A DNA stretch of 64,000 nt from Phallusia mammillata (GCA_965637545.1 OZ281498.1:2170001-2234000), one strand, 5' to 3'; positions 52,101-61,474 are shown, counted from the stretch's first letter. Made by a program: numbers and translations. Notes: generated by a model not told the origin, from the sequence alone.

Positions 52101-55100
52101 GAGGAGGTATTTCTCGAAGCTTCGATGATGACGGCAGCCCACTGGTGGTGATGCGAGGGCTTGGAGAGGAAAGAGATCTTTACACGTCAACCACTAGTGG
52201 TGAGTAGTGAAGCGAGTTTATTTGTTGAAACTGGGGACATTTAAAAATTGTGGTTAGAACCATCGGAACGTTGTAAATATTCCCACCTTGACGAAAAAAA
52301 CACGAATGTTTGGGAAATAAACAAACACAATCTGTTTTTAATTCTTCGATCTTTTCTTTTGAGCTGCCTCCCTCAATTTTACTAGCCATATTTGCGTGCA
52401 GAACCCACAACAACAACCACCATAGCAACCACCACTACCATGGCAACCACAACAACGCCCGTTCCCACGACAACCAGCACCACAACCACTACTACCATGG
52501 CAACCACCACTTCGCGTCGCCTCCGAACCGATTACCGTGGCAACCGATACGACAATGGAGTGATGGTGGTGAACAGACACCGCATGAGGGCGGCATGGAG
52601 GACTGGATCGTGGACACAGGTTGGTAACTTTGCGTTGCGGGTTCGAATCACAACAAACTAAATTTCCATCGTTGAAGATGAAACAGACTTTTTTCTGTAT
52701 AACTTCTGAAACAGTTACAGAGCAGCCAAAAAGTTCGATTTTTGAGGCTTTTTAAGATGATGTTATACTTTTGTTACACCAAGTCAAAATCGAAACCCAT
52801 TTAAAGTGTCTGAAACTGAGACAAGAATAAGACCTGCTGTCAATTTTTTAGTTTGATTATTGAGGTTTTCGAAAACTATGTTATACTTTAATTATACACT
52901 AAGTTATAATTAAAACCATTTGAAAGTCGATCAATGAATGTGAAATTTGTGAATGTTAACTAGAAAGCCTCCTTGCATGCTAGGTGATGGTTGTCTCAAA
53001 AGTCACAATTCCCATTTTCAAACTCCCTCTTTTTCTCAGTGCTCGGCATCCTGTGGAGTCGGATACAGGGAGCGTTACGTCAGCTGCAGGTTTCTACGCG
53101 GATTCGGTGAAGCTGATCCGGATATTTGTGGACACAGAGACAGCAAACCCGCTTCAAGGGAAACTTGTGAAACTAGATCCTGTTTCGGAATCTGGAGAAC
53201 CGGATCCTGGACTAAAGTGAGTGATGTGTTGGATTTTCGGTTTTCGCTGGAATATTGCTAGCTTTAAACGACTTTAACCAGTTTTTTCTGCTCATGATCT
53301 GCCACATACCGATTTAAAATGAATTTCAAAGCAAATAATTTAGGTTTTTACTCCAAACAAGCATTCGAAAGCTTACCACCCTTGTATACAGTGCACACTG
53401 TTTTGATCTATAAGTCTCATCAGTGCAGCTGGTGACGAGAAATGGCTTAATGCTTTTACATTGTTATCACCACTATTTCTTTCAAACTCTATTTTCTTCT
53501 TTCAGTGTTCCGAAACTTGTGGGGAGGGGACCCGTACACGTCACGTGAGATGTGCTTACGAAGGTCGTTACTATGACCACGCAGATTATTGTCCGAACGA
53601 ACCGCGTCCACTGAAATGGGAAGTTTGTCGAATCCGACCATGTCCTACAACAACAACAACAGCAACTACTACAACAGAAGAACCTACTACAACCAGTACT
53701 GCTACCACCACAACTAGAATCACTACCACAGCTCCGACAACTACAACTACTGCTACAACCACCACTCCGGCGCCTACCACAACATCTACAGCCACAACAA
53801 CTACAGTTTCAACTACAACTTTAGCTTCGACAACTACCACAGCTGCCACAACAGAATCTACAGTTCCAACTACGCCAGCAACGGTAAAAACAACATTGTG
53901 GCATAAAATTTATGCTTTAACCAGCAACAAAGCTTAAACATAGTTTCCCACGTGCTTGCGTTTAATTCTTTTTTCTTTGTTTATCGTGCACTGTACTAGT
54001 CGCATTCAGTGTTATTTACTCTGGTAAAGGCGACTTGTATAGGACGCCGAAACGTCAGAATAAAATACTTTTGCCAGAAGACCTCTAATTTGGTTGTGGC
54101 ATCTAAGCTCTCCGTAACTGTTAATTGTCCAGGGTAAACTGCTTGGAAAAATTCATAACTTCCATAATTTATTTTCTCGTAGACCAAAGCTCCAGTTCAT
54201 GTTGACGTCATCCATCCGCGTCAGTCCAATGACGTCAGTAATGACGTGAGTAGGGCAAGATACAATGGCAGGTGGAGAATGGGTACATGGTCACATGTAA
54301 GTTGAAGTTATTATTTGATGGAACTTATAAAAAGTGTTTTTAAATATTGACAATATTTAACTAGTTTTCGGGACAAAATGGGATTTTTGTAATTGTGTTT
54401 GACTGCTTCGCTTTTAAAAACGGACACACCTGAGTATTAAGTTAGTGTTTGTTGTAAGATGTTGCCATTTACAAGTCTGATACATGGAGATTTTCGTTAG
54501 TAACAAACCTATTTCTTTGCCACTGATTTAATTTGTTCATTTCTGTCCTTCTCACACGTACCCATGTTTGCAGTGTTCGTCAACATGTGGCGGAGGTACA
54601 AGGAAGCGGGTGGTCGTGTGTCGATCGTTGTCAACTCGAAACGCAAGTTGCGACGAAGGGGAAAAACCAGTGAGCATCGAACCGTGCGAATCCGGAACTT
54701 GCCCGAGATGGAAAGTCACCAATTGGTCGGAGGTACGTCACCACTGATGATGTCATCACTTATTACTTTATGCCATGCTTTTTTATTCAAGTACCTCTTA
54801 CTATGATTAAATTTGATTCTGATAACAAATATACGTAAACAGCTCTAATGTGGTTCACCATACTAAAGCTGACGTCATAATTACAGTGTTCGAAATCCTG
54901 TTCCGATGGAGTGAGAAGGAGATACGTTTATTGCGTCATGTCCGACAACAGAAGAACCTACAATCACCGTTGTGACGTCATAATGAAACCTGTTGACGTG
55001 GAAGTTTGCAACAAAAGGCCGTGCGCAGATCAACACCGGTGGCGCAAGGGAGCATGGGGATCGGTACGAGCTTTGCGCTGATCGTGAATCAGCAAATTTG

Positions 55101-58100
55101 CGCGTAGCATGAGTTAGCGGGATAAGGTCACGTGACCTGCGGTATAAGGTCACGTGAGTAGTGACGTCACTAAGTTGGAAGGGTGCGGAGTTGCGAAGGA
55201 AACGGGTTCGAATACCGCCAAAGCTGATGATAATTATTTTTGTCCAATATTTTTGTGAAGAACTTTTATCAAATTTATCGTAATTGCACAATTATACACA
55301 TGTATACCCAACATTCCAAACCATTAAATTTACGTTTTTATTGTACTTACTTGTAATTTTGCAAGCGCGTGTGCACATCAAATGGAAGTATTTTTGCATA
55401 AATACATGCTTCTCATAATTTCTGATTTTTTTTACCATAAAACAATACATTTGTATCTTTGCGATCATTTTTTTTACGTCGAACACCCAAGTATAAATGA
55501 AAAAAATGCCTTACTTCTACAGATTTAAATACGTAGATTGACAAGTCATAGCATTTTCAGTAACAATTTATTTCGATACAAAACATAGACATGAAAAACT
55601 TTTCACGCAACTACACACATTTTTGTACACAAAGTACACAACACAAATACTGTAGTAAAACGGCGACATCGTAATTAAAAGTGCGTTAACGTCCCAATAT
55701 TGTCGAAGTTACAAATAATACGGACACAAATAACGTGTTTCATGCTTTTGCAACAAATAGCTTCAAAAATAAATTGATCATCACCTAAAAAATATAAGTG
55801 TACCATAGTATGCTCCATAATAATATAATTTTATAAAATTGTCATGTCTTGTTTTATGTTTTTTTTGTATTTTTATAACCTTTCCCTCTTTTCGGCATGT
55901 TTTGTATTTATAACATCTATTATTACATCACAGTGCTCAGTGACGTGTGGTCGTGGAACGAAAAGAAGGCAAGTCGACTGTACCGACCCGGATGGAAATC
56001 CCGTGGCTGATGCACGCTGCGCCAACTTGCGGCAAAACAAACCACGAGAGGTTCGACGTTGTGTGAAGCAGAGAAGATGTCCTCGGTGGAGATTCAGCAA
56101 ATGGAGCAAGGTCAGATATTTGACCTCAAGGTCACCGGTTTCCACAACCTGTCAAGGACTTTGTCACCTTCAAAAATTACGCAGCTTTTGTATTGATTTA
56201 AATAATTGTTTAACATTTAAAATGATCTATCAGCATTATTTCCTTTGTATTTCATCAGTTGATTTTCATTTTAAAAATTATATCCGAACTTTTCCGATAT
56301 TTTCCGAATTAATCCGAACAAATCCGTTTTTTCCGACAGTGCTCTTCGAGTTGCGGCGAAGGCGTGCAACGTCGTCGGGTCAAGTGCAGATACAAGCGAA
56401 AAACCGTCAACCAACAGCTTTGTGACGTCACCAAGAAACCTGTTGACGTCATAAAGTGCAACGTCACGGAGTGTCCGACTTTCAAATGGAAACTTGAGGA
56501 TTGGGAAAGGGTACGTCATTTTCCTTCAATTATGACTAAGTTTGTTGGGTTCAAATTGTGAATTGGTAACGTTTGTGAAAAACAATTTAACATTTAAGTT
56601 TAACTCAAGTCATGTTCAGACAAGTAAGAAACACTTCACAGCGACTTGAATAAAAAACAGCCGTAATCGTAATTAGGTTATTGCTCGCTTTGATTTCTTT
56701 GTTCCACCTAACGTTGTAAGTCGGGTTTGGGTATAAATGTGAATGAAATGGGTTTTATTCGGGCCAGACTTCACACTCGATATTATTTGTGCCGCAATTT
56801 TACGTTAGTTTGTTTTGGCCTAAACATAGGGCCCGCCTACAACTCCTCCACACCACAAAACAGTTGCCAGTTTATTGCGACGTGAAGACAAAACAAAACA
56901 ATTTAATTGGAAACATAAACACAATTGTTGCTTCGAACGCTTTTAATCCTGATTATGACGTCATACAGTGTTCTCGATCGTGCGGAGAAGGAACAGTGAC
57001 GAGGAGAGTCACGTGTCGAAGAATTCCCGACTTGCGATTGGTTGATTCGCGACGCTGTGGCCCCGCCCTCATTCCTCAACCAATCACGAGACGAGCTTGC
57101 AACCGTGGTCCGTGTTCAGCCAGGTGGAACGTCGGCCCGTGGTCCGAGGTAAACACCAGATGGCGTTGTTTACAACTACATAGAAACCATACATAGAAAT
57201 AAAGTAATTCCTCGAAAAAATGATCAAAATCTTTAAAAATTGAGGCATAACAATTAGTACAAATGTGCTAAAGTGACATGTGAAATTTATTTTTAAGGTT
57301 TAAAGGACATTTTTTCCTATTTTAAAATTAAGTGTTCGAAAATCTTTCATCAATTTACAATCGTCAAACAAACAATGATTTCCATTGTCTCAGTGTTCGA
57401 AATCGTGCGGTGCCGGAATGCAGCGACGAAATGTCACGTGTTTGTTCGTTGATCCAATCACGTACAAGCACGTGGAAGCAGTGAGCTGTGACGATGGCGG
57501 GAAACCTTACGGAGTCCGAGATTGTGACAGAGGAAATTGCGGGTCTCATGTTTTGTGGAGAATCGGCTCATGGTCACAGGTGCTTGTCGCAATAGCCTGT
57601 GAAACAAATCAAATAAATCGTAACTTGTCTAGTTTAAGGCCTTGGAACCCAGATTGCTTTTGTCCGTTTGTTTCGTTTATTTCGTTTTTTGATGTATAAC
57701 GCAATTTGTTTGGAACCAAGTATCAATTCTTGGCTGAGTTGTCTCTAAAGTAAATTAAAACGACAAAAGAGGTAGATTTAAGTAATACAAACCCGTTTAT
57801 AAGGCAAGAAACGTAAAATGACTTTAGCATGTTTATGCAATAGTTGTAGCCAGTGACTTAAACCCTGGTTTGAATTTAAATCAGTTTTGCAACTTTTAGT
57901 TTAAACAATGACTTTCTTACAGTGCTCAGCCACATGCGGCAGAGGGACTTTGGTGCGCAGTGTAGTTTGCACAGATCGTGCCACACGCTCGCCACTAGCT
58001 GACGCTGTTTGCGAGGCGATTCCCTCCTTTCCACCAGAACGAACGAGACCTTGTGAAATTGGACCATGTCTTCCTACGTCATGCCGACACTTGAAGGCGC

Positions 58101-61100
58101 AGCAGAGCATAGACAAGGATGGGGAATATTACTTGAAGATTGGAGACGAGATGAAAAAGGTTGAAATTACATTTTATTCTATTTCTTTTGTATTTGTTAG
58201 CTTCTTGCTGTTACAGCTTCTTGTAGTGTAAAGCCACACAAAAACAACCAATTTTATTTTTTCTTCCCCTCATTTTATATACATTTCTCCGCAGATTTAC
58301 TGCAAAAATATGCGAACCTCTCATCCGACCGAGTACCTTACACTTGCCGCAGGAGCGCTAGAAAACTTCTCTGAAATTTATGGATACAGGTAACGCTATT
58401 TACGACTAAAATAGTCTTTGCATCTGAAATTTCCACGCTCCGTCGCTCAATTTCCACGCCAGTTTTTAATTAAAATGCCAACTTTTCCAACAACTATTAC
58501 CTGATGTATTTTATGACTTACCGTCCATTTAACTTCCGATGTGGGCGCTTTCACTCAGTTCTTGGAACAATAGTCAACAACATTTATCAATACCAGTAAA
58601 TAATGTAAGCTGTACCACTTTAACATCCTGAACAAACGTTTCGTCCCCCAGGTTACATGTTTAGGTAAGTTTTTGTCCGTCAGGTGTAAAGTTCGACGAA
58701 ATAAGTAAAGAACTTATGATTATAGAACTTGTAATTTTGCTAACATTTTGCCAACCAGCACGATGTGCATCATCATAGCTTTATTGTATAACTCTAATCA
58801 GTTGAACGAAAAACTTTGTCAAACCACTTTCAGATACAACATTTATCAACATTTACCTTTTCAAACGTGATCCTACAAACATTGCCCAACCTCATCACTT
58901 TCGTTGCAGACTCATCAACGCCGACACTTGCCCCAACAACGGGTCACGTGACGATACGTGCGCATGTCATCATGACAGACCGGACGCTGGTAAAACGGAA
59001 TTCAGCAAAGTGCGGTTTGACGTCGACACAATGAGAATTATTGGTGAGTTGTGAAATGAAATGTCAAACGAAAGTGGGTTAACAAACAAGTTTTGTGCAA
59101 CTAACCGAATTTATTACAAAGGTACATGCAGCTTACAGTTCAACTCCGTAATGTTTTGCTTTGACAGTTTCCCTCATAACATATTTTTTTACCTTACTTA
59201 GACTTCTGGTTGAAAACTTGCTTTGTATTTCAATAAACATTTCTGCTGCAAAACAACGGCTTTTTCTGGCGGTAGCATTACATAGGAATGTCTAAGAACT
59301 CACAAAATCACGATGTATTCAATACTAAATATAACTTAAACTTCATTTAGTATCAAGAAACGATTTCGTTGTTCTGTTATCAGACTCTAAACTTTGTACA
59401 GTCAATATCAAATCAAAATCTCAACTTTTTACAATCAAACTCTAAAACCTTAAACTCAAATTTTAAAAGTTGATGTTGATCAATTGTTTCAGTTTCATAG
59501 CTCTCACACAAGAAATACCCGAACTTTCCTTACTCACTAAGTTCTATCCTGTCAAATTGTCCCGACGCCTAAACTACATCCAGCAGTTAGTACCGCATTA
59601 CAAGGGTGTTACTTCTAACGACCTAAATCCGAACTGAATTAAGTTGTCATGACCCGGATTAAACAGCCCTGTTGACCTGGATTATGTGATTAACATCGTT
59701 GACAGCTTATAACTGTTTGTTGCTGTTTATCAAATCACTTAACTGGCGTCATTAGTTGGGTTTATACCGATCACTTTAACCAACGTAATAAATGTCCTAA
59801 AGTTATTAGTGTGAAGTATAAAAATTAATATAGACGTAAACAACATATGCTTTGTCCTGAAAAGTTTCGGTAAATGCCTATGTCATAATCAATAACCTAC
59901 TGTTATATTCCTGATCAGACTTATAAATGTAAGTATATGTATGTTGGTCCAAAGTTTGTAGGCAATTAATGAAGATTTCCAAGTGAATCTTATAGAACGA
60001 TTTTTTTAATTAAACTTGTCTTGTATTGTTGCATGCATATCGTGTTTGACAAAGGATGTTGTGATTAGCACGAAACAAATGTCACAACATAACAGTTAAG
60101 TACAATTGATGCATTATTGGCTGAATGGCGGCAACGCCCTGAAAGTGGGATATCCTAAAATTTCTGACTTTACTTCTTTGCGCTTCAATAGTTCCGCTAA
60201 TTTTAAAAATCTGTTTTGCAGCCAACGACTTTTCCTTTGCATCAACTGTTTACGGTCTTAACGTTGCTTACGGAGTTGCCGGGGATTGCTACAGCAGAGT
60301 GAATTGTCCGCAGGTAATGCAACACTTTGATCATGGTTGTTTTTTATTTTGCTTCACGTCAGTAGTTCTGAAAGCGCTCACTTATTAACGTTTGTTACTG
60401 GTTGCTGGCATTAAAAAATTTGTTGTCAGTTAGAGTAAATACAGGAACATGGGAAATTCGTTTTTTTTAACTTAAGCCTACACAGTCAGTTTGAAGTACT
60501 TTTGACATGAACATTAATACAGATAAACAAAGTTGGCTGTACAATTAGTTTGTTTGTAAAGCCCTGTTAACGGACTGTACTGAAAAAAAAACTTTATAAA
60601 AACTGTTTTCCACCGAGTGTTATTTAACACATATCTCACTTATTCATTTCCATGTCCGTATATTAACATTAAAATTATTTCAAAACTTTTTGCTGATGTT
60701 AAGTCAAAATAATTGTTTACAAAAGTCCGTTACCTTTCGTTTTTGTTTTAGGGCAAATTCCGGGTCAACTTGGAAGGAACTGGGTTCGTCGTCAGTCCGT
60801 ACACTACGTGGCGCTCTTACGGCCGTCAGTCTGTGAGGAGAACGCACAAAAGCCACGTGAGTGTTGCTGTAGGGATTTGAAAACCAATAGTTACCTTTTT
60901 GTTTGGCTGGTCTTCTGTTAAAATCGCAAGACTTGCGATATATTCCAAATGTTGCGTTTGTTATCCTAAAAATTCTTAGAGAACAGCAAACATTTACATG
61001 CGATCTGAACACAAACCGTATCTTTTTGCAATTTAAACACAAACACATAGACCCGAATGAAGATGTGATGTTTTTTCCAAACGTTTATTGAACGAAGTAT

Positions 61101-61313
61101 ATAGCTTTTGAGATCTACATAAGCCAGAAAACAAATGACACTTTACGTATTTGTTGTCATTGAGCCAGTGTAAACTACTTAACCAATAAACGTGTTTTAA
61201 CGGACTTGTTTCCTCAACAGAGCGGAGATTCGGTGACCGGTTTATGTGGAGGTTACTGCAGTAGTTGCCAACCTGATCCCAACTACGGATTTTTACTTGC
61301 GCACGCCACCTAG
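12940..61313 (+). CDS. ADAMTS9: ADAMTS9/20 (GON-1)-like secreted zinc metalloprotease, spliced CDS of 40 exons, about 2252 aa
   Basis: Exons joined by hand through GT-AG sites give one open frame of 6759 nt ending in TAG. It contains the furin site [19 protein letters not shown], zinc motif HEIGHEFNAPHD with Asn at motif position 8 (as in ADAMTS9/20), Met-turn VMSP, 15 TSRs and a GON domain (..[10 protein letters not shown]). This architecture is diagnostic of the ADAMTS9/20/GON-1 clade. Which vertebrate paralogue is closer cannot be resolved; it is probably a pro-orthologue. Confidence 0.95.
14095..14594 (+). CDS. ADAMTS9: Coding exon 2: prodomain (LVVPIRL...[23 protein letters not shown]...[10 protein letters not shown]...AVLSVCSGL)
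   Basis: Typical ADAMTS propeptide motifs; acceptor gctcag/AA, donor TTG/GTGAGT. Confidence 0.95.
19204..19393 (+). CDS. ADAMTS9: Coding exon 3: prodomain ([15 protein letters not shown]...KPHRIFKR...ELCAFK)
   Basis: G-x-F...F-x-I-x-P and PH-x-I motifs plus prodomain Cys; acceptor tttgcag/, donor AAAG/GTACGT; phases 0 and 1 fit. Confidence 0.92.
24572..25011 (+). CDS. ADAMTS9: Coding exon 4: Arg-rich end of prodomain, furin site RRKR, start of catalytic domain ([15 protein letters not shown]...HYVLTLMAI)
   Basis: Acceptor tttcttag/AT, donor ATC/GTAAGT; matches the ADAMTS9 mature N-terminus pattern FLSYPRFVEV. Confidence 0.95.
26215..26483 (+). repeat. Local tandem duplication, about 150 bp period
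   Basis: GTCAAGTTTGCTTT.ATCATGTGGGAATT.ACAAG...GCGTTTTATGCGTCTA occurs twice. Confidence 0.8.
30404..30493 (+). CDS. ADAMTS9: Coding exon 5: catalytic domain ([30 protein letters not shown])
   Basis: Conserved YxDPSIxNxINIVxVK motif; ttcag/ acceptor, GAG/GTAAGA donor. Confidence 0.95.
33859..33983 (+). CDS. ADAMTS9: Coding exon 6: catalytic domain ([20 protein letters not shown]...[10 protein letters not shown])
   Basis: NAxxxLxNFCxWQ and HHDTxVLIT motifs; caacag/ acceptor, GG/GTGAGA donor. Confidence 0.95.
38017..38057 (+). CDS. ADAMTS9: Coding exon 7: catalytic domain ([13 protein letters not shown])
   Basis: DICxxxxxCDTLG motif; ttttcag/ acceptor, TAG/GTAAGT donor. Confidence 0.95.
40192..40297 (+). 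CDS. ADAMTS9: Coding exon 8: catalytic domain with first two zinc ligands ([35 protein letters not shown])
   Basis: Canonical HExGH motif; atcacag/ acceptor, GA/GTAAGT donor in phase 2. Confidence 0.97.
40651..40701 (+). CDS. ADAMTS9: Candidate alternative 51-nt exon encoding a second third-zinc-ligand segment ([18 protein letters not shown])
   Basis: Branch-like CTAAC at 40629-40633, acceptor acttcag/G, donor AG/GTGAGA, phase 2 at both ends. Joined to exon 8 it reads HEIGHEFGMVHDG. No transcript evidence. Confidence 0.7.
40927..41373. mobile_element. Charlie-like hAT MITE between the candidate alternative exon and exon 9
   Basis: TIR CAGTGTTACTCAACCT / AGGTTGAGAACCGCTG; TSD tcttaaga / tcttagga (7 of 8); GGGGTCGC subterminal motifs. 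Confidence 0.85.
41458..41607 (+). CDS. ADAMTS9: Coding exon 9: third zinc His and Met-turn ([11 protein letters not shown]...NVMSPTLD...[16 protein letters not shown])
   Basis: Completes HEIGHEFNAPHD; VMSP Met-turn; WSxCS motif; tatttag/ acceptor, GA/GTAAGT donor. Confidence 0.97.
43371..43512 (+). CDS. ADAMTS9: Coding exon 10: end of catalytic and start of disintegrin-like domain ([11 protein letters not shown]...[25 protein letters not shown])
   Basis: GxGxCLLDxP and PG..F.A..QC motifs; good splice sites. Confidence 0.95.
44701..44838 (+). repeat. Two copies of the same 70-bp unit
   Basis: TTGACTGCACGAA at 44701 and 44771, exactly 70 bp apart. Confidence 0.8.
45229..45357. mobile_element. 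129-bp hAT-type MITE
   Basis: Perfect 8-bp TSD GTCTAACA (45221-45228 and 45358-45365); imperfect TIR CAGTTGTCGTCAAC / GTTGCCGACCACTG. Confidence 0.85.
45454..45564 (+). CDS. ADAMTS9: Coding exon 11: disintegrin-like domain (NSCARLWC...[16 protein letters not shown])
   Basis: CxxLWC and PWADGTxCG motifs; tandem acceptors ending at 45447 and 45453. Confidence 0.93.
45979..46124 (+). CDS. ADAMTS9: Coding exon 12: TSR1 first part (WCQQGHCV...[21 protein letters not shown])
   Basis: Classic [20 protein letters not shown]. Confidence 0.97.
46806..46869 (+). CDS. ADAMTS9: Coding exon 13: TSR1 second part ([21 protein letters not shown])
   Basis: PxYGGxYCxGxRxxxRxCN motif; phases 2 and 0 fit. Confidence 0.95.
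47092..47229 (+). CDS. ADAMTS9: Coding exon 14: Cys-rich domain ([17 protein letters not shown]...[11 protein letters not shown])
   Basis: DFRxEQC and WxPKY motifs. Confidence 0.95.
47597..47734 (+). CDS. ADAMTS9: Coding exon 15: Cys-rich domain (DRCKLICQ...[22 protein letters not shown])
   Basis: DRCKLxC and GTPCGPDxxDICVxGxC motifs. Confidence 0.95.
47864..47950. mobile_element. 87-bp miniature inverted-repeat element
   Basis: Ends CAGGGTTTTTTTAAGGT / ACCTTTAAAAAAACACTG; flanks ggatacaat / gcatacaat (8 of 9). Confidence 0.6.
48158..48374 (+). CDS. ADAMTS9: Coding exon 16: end of Cys-rich domain and start of spacer ([10 protein letters not shown]...[13 protein letters not shown]...IPAGANNI...NYL)
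   Basis: AGCDHxLxS, DxCGxCxGDNSxC, IPAGA motifs. Confidence 0.96.
48817..49007 (+). CDS. ADAMTS9: Coding exon 17: spacer ([14 protein letters not shown]...[15 protein letters not shown]...IIVE)
   Basis: GxYLLNG and YSG motifs; phases 1 and 0 fit. Confidence 0.93.
49456..49599 (+). CDS. ADAMTS9: Coding exon 18: spacer end and TSR2 start ([19 protein letters not shown]...[17 protein letters not shown])
   Basis: VLSxGxLxxPxIxYxxNxP motif; donor AAG/GTATGC. Confidence 0.92.
49971..50077 (+). CDS. ADAMTS9: Coding exon 19: TSR2 ([22 protein letters not shown]...CNARCQL)
   Basis: TSR cysteine pattern; ctctttag/ acceptor, AA/GTAAGT donor. Confidence 0.9.
50217..50292 (+). CDS. ADAMTS9: Coding exon 20: TSR3 first part ([25 protein letters not shown])
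   Basis: CSxxCGxGxR motif; phases 2 and 0 fit. Confidence 0.9.
50479..50634 (+). CDS. ADAMTS9: Coding exon 21: TSR3 second part (VSNVP...SMCNQPKP...[17 protein letters not shown])
   Basis: CxGxC and WxYGxWS motifs; good splice sites. Confidence 0.9.
50714..50878 (+). CDS. ADAMTS9: Coding exon 22: TSR4 ([12 protein letters not shown]...CNNLPCPQW)
   Basis: 165-nt phase 0-0 TSR exon. Confidence 0.95.
51274..51438 (+). CDS. ADAMTS9: Coding exon 23: TSR5 ([16 protein letters not shown]...WKYENWGP)
   Basis: 165-nt phase 0-0 TSR exon. Confidence 0.95.
51953..52199 (+). CDS. ADAMTS9: Coding exon 24: TSR6 and start of linker 1 ([12 protein letters not shown]...DLYTSTTS)
   Basis: TSR pattern; donor G/GTGAGT in phase 1. 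Confidence 0.92.
52402..52619 (+). CDS. ADAMTS9: Coding exon 25: Thr-rich mucin-like linker 1 ([15 protein letters not shown]...AWRTGSWTQ)
   Basis: Acceptor gtgcag/AA fits phase 1; ends in WRTGSW leading into TSR7. Confidence 0.9.
53040..53216 (+). CDS. ADAMTS9: Coding exon 26: TSR7 ([16 protein letters not shown]...WRTGSWTK)
   Basis: 177-nt phase 0-0 TSR exon. Confidence 0.95.
53506..53883 (+). CDS. ADAMTS9: Coding exon 27: TSR8 plus Thr-rich mucin-like linker 2
   Basis: [12 protein letters not shown]...CP followed by about 80 Thr-dominated residues; donor ACG/GTAAAA. Confidence 0.92.
54183..54296 (+). CDS. ADAMTS9: Coding exon 28: end of linker 2 ([38 protein letters not shown])
   Basis: ctcgtag/ acceptor, CAT/GTAAGT donor, WRxGxWS motif. 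Confidence 0.9.
54574..54732 (+). CDS. ADAMTS9: Coding exon 29: TSR9 ([12 protein letters not shown]...WKVTNWSE)
   Basis: Phase 0-0 TSR exon. Confidence 0.94.
54887..55063 (+). CDS. ADAMTS9: Coding exon 30: TSR10 ([12 protein letters not shown]...WRKGAWGS)
   Basis: Phase 0-0 TSR exon. Confidence 0.94.
55125..55172. promoter_or_regulatory. Intronic cluster of palindromic bHLH and bZIP motifs
   Basis: AGGTCACGTGACCT (55125-55138), a second GGTCACGTGA (55148-55157), TAGTGACGTCACTA (55159-55172). Function is inferred only. Confidence 0.45.
55934..56110 (+). CDS. ADAMTS9: Coding exon 31: TSR11 ([12 protein letters not shown]...WRFSKWSK)
   Basis: Phase 0-0 TSR exon. Confidence 0.94.
56340..56510 (+). 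CDS. ADAMTS9: Coding exon 32: TSR12 ([12 protein letters not shown]...WKLEDWER)
   Basis: Phase 0-0 TSR exon. Confidence 0.94.
56969..57148 (+). CDS. ADAMTS9: Coding exon 33: TSR13 ([12 protein letters not shown]...WNVGPWSE)
   Basis: Phase 0-0 TSR exon. Confidence 0.94.
57394..57579 (+). CDS. ADAMTS9: Coding exon 34: TSR14 ([12 protein letters not shown]...WRIGSWSQ)
   Basis: Phase 0-0 TSR exon. Confidence 0.94.
57923..58159 (+). CDS. ADAMTS9: Coding exon 35: TSR15 and GON domain start (CSATCGRG...LPTSCRHLK...DGEYYLKI)
   Basis: PxSC...DGEYxLxI is the GON-domain start pattern. Confidence 0.94.
58295..58389 (+). CDS. ADAMTS9: Coding exon 36: GON domain ([17 protein letters not shown]...[10 protein letters not shown])
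   Basis: IYCxxMxxxxPxEYLTL and ENFSExYGxR motifs. Confidence 0.96.
58910..59043 (+). CDS. ADAMTS9: Coding exon 37: GON domain ([13 protein letters not shown]...[12 protein letters not shown]...RII)
   Basis: CPxNGSR and AGxTxFSKVR motifs. Confidence 0.96.
60222..60313 (+). CDS. ADAMTS9: Coding exon 38: GON domain (NDFSFAST...[15 protein letters not shown])
   Basis: AGDCYSxxxCPQ motif. Confidence 0.96.
60752..60856 (+). CDS. ADAMTS9: Coding exon 39: GON domain ([24 protein letters not shown]...)
   Basis: GxFxxNLxGTG motif. Confidence 0.95.
61221..61313 (+). CDS. ADAMTS9: Coding exon 40: GON domain end and stop ([30 protein letters not shown])
   Basis: VxGxCGGYCxxCxP motif, TAG at 61311-61313. 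Confidence 0.96.
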   Translation, partial: SGDSVTGLCGGYCSSCQPDPNYGFLLAHAT

Positions 61314-61322
61314 TGGAGTCAG

Positions 61323-61474
61323 GTATGTACGATTTCTATATTTCTCCAATCCTTTTATTACTATTAAAAGGTCGATAGATACCAAGTGCAAACCAACAAA
61401 CTGTTTAACTTTTTGACAGCATTGACAATCATTTTGTGAATTTTAAAAACTAACTTTTATATTTTTTTCTGCAG
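61323..61474 (+). other. Candidate intron in the 3' UTR
   Basis: Donor CAG/GTATGT 9 nt after the stop codon; CTAAC at 61450-61454; long U tract and tgcag/ acceptor. Confidence 0.6.

Noticed and set aside
53586-53849. Val-rich minus-strand ORF (and the similar one at 52338-52580)
   Set aside because: Antisense shadow of the Thr-codon tracts (ACN reads as NGT/GTN on the other strand).
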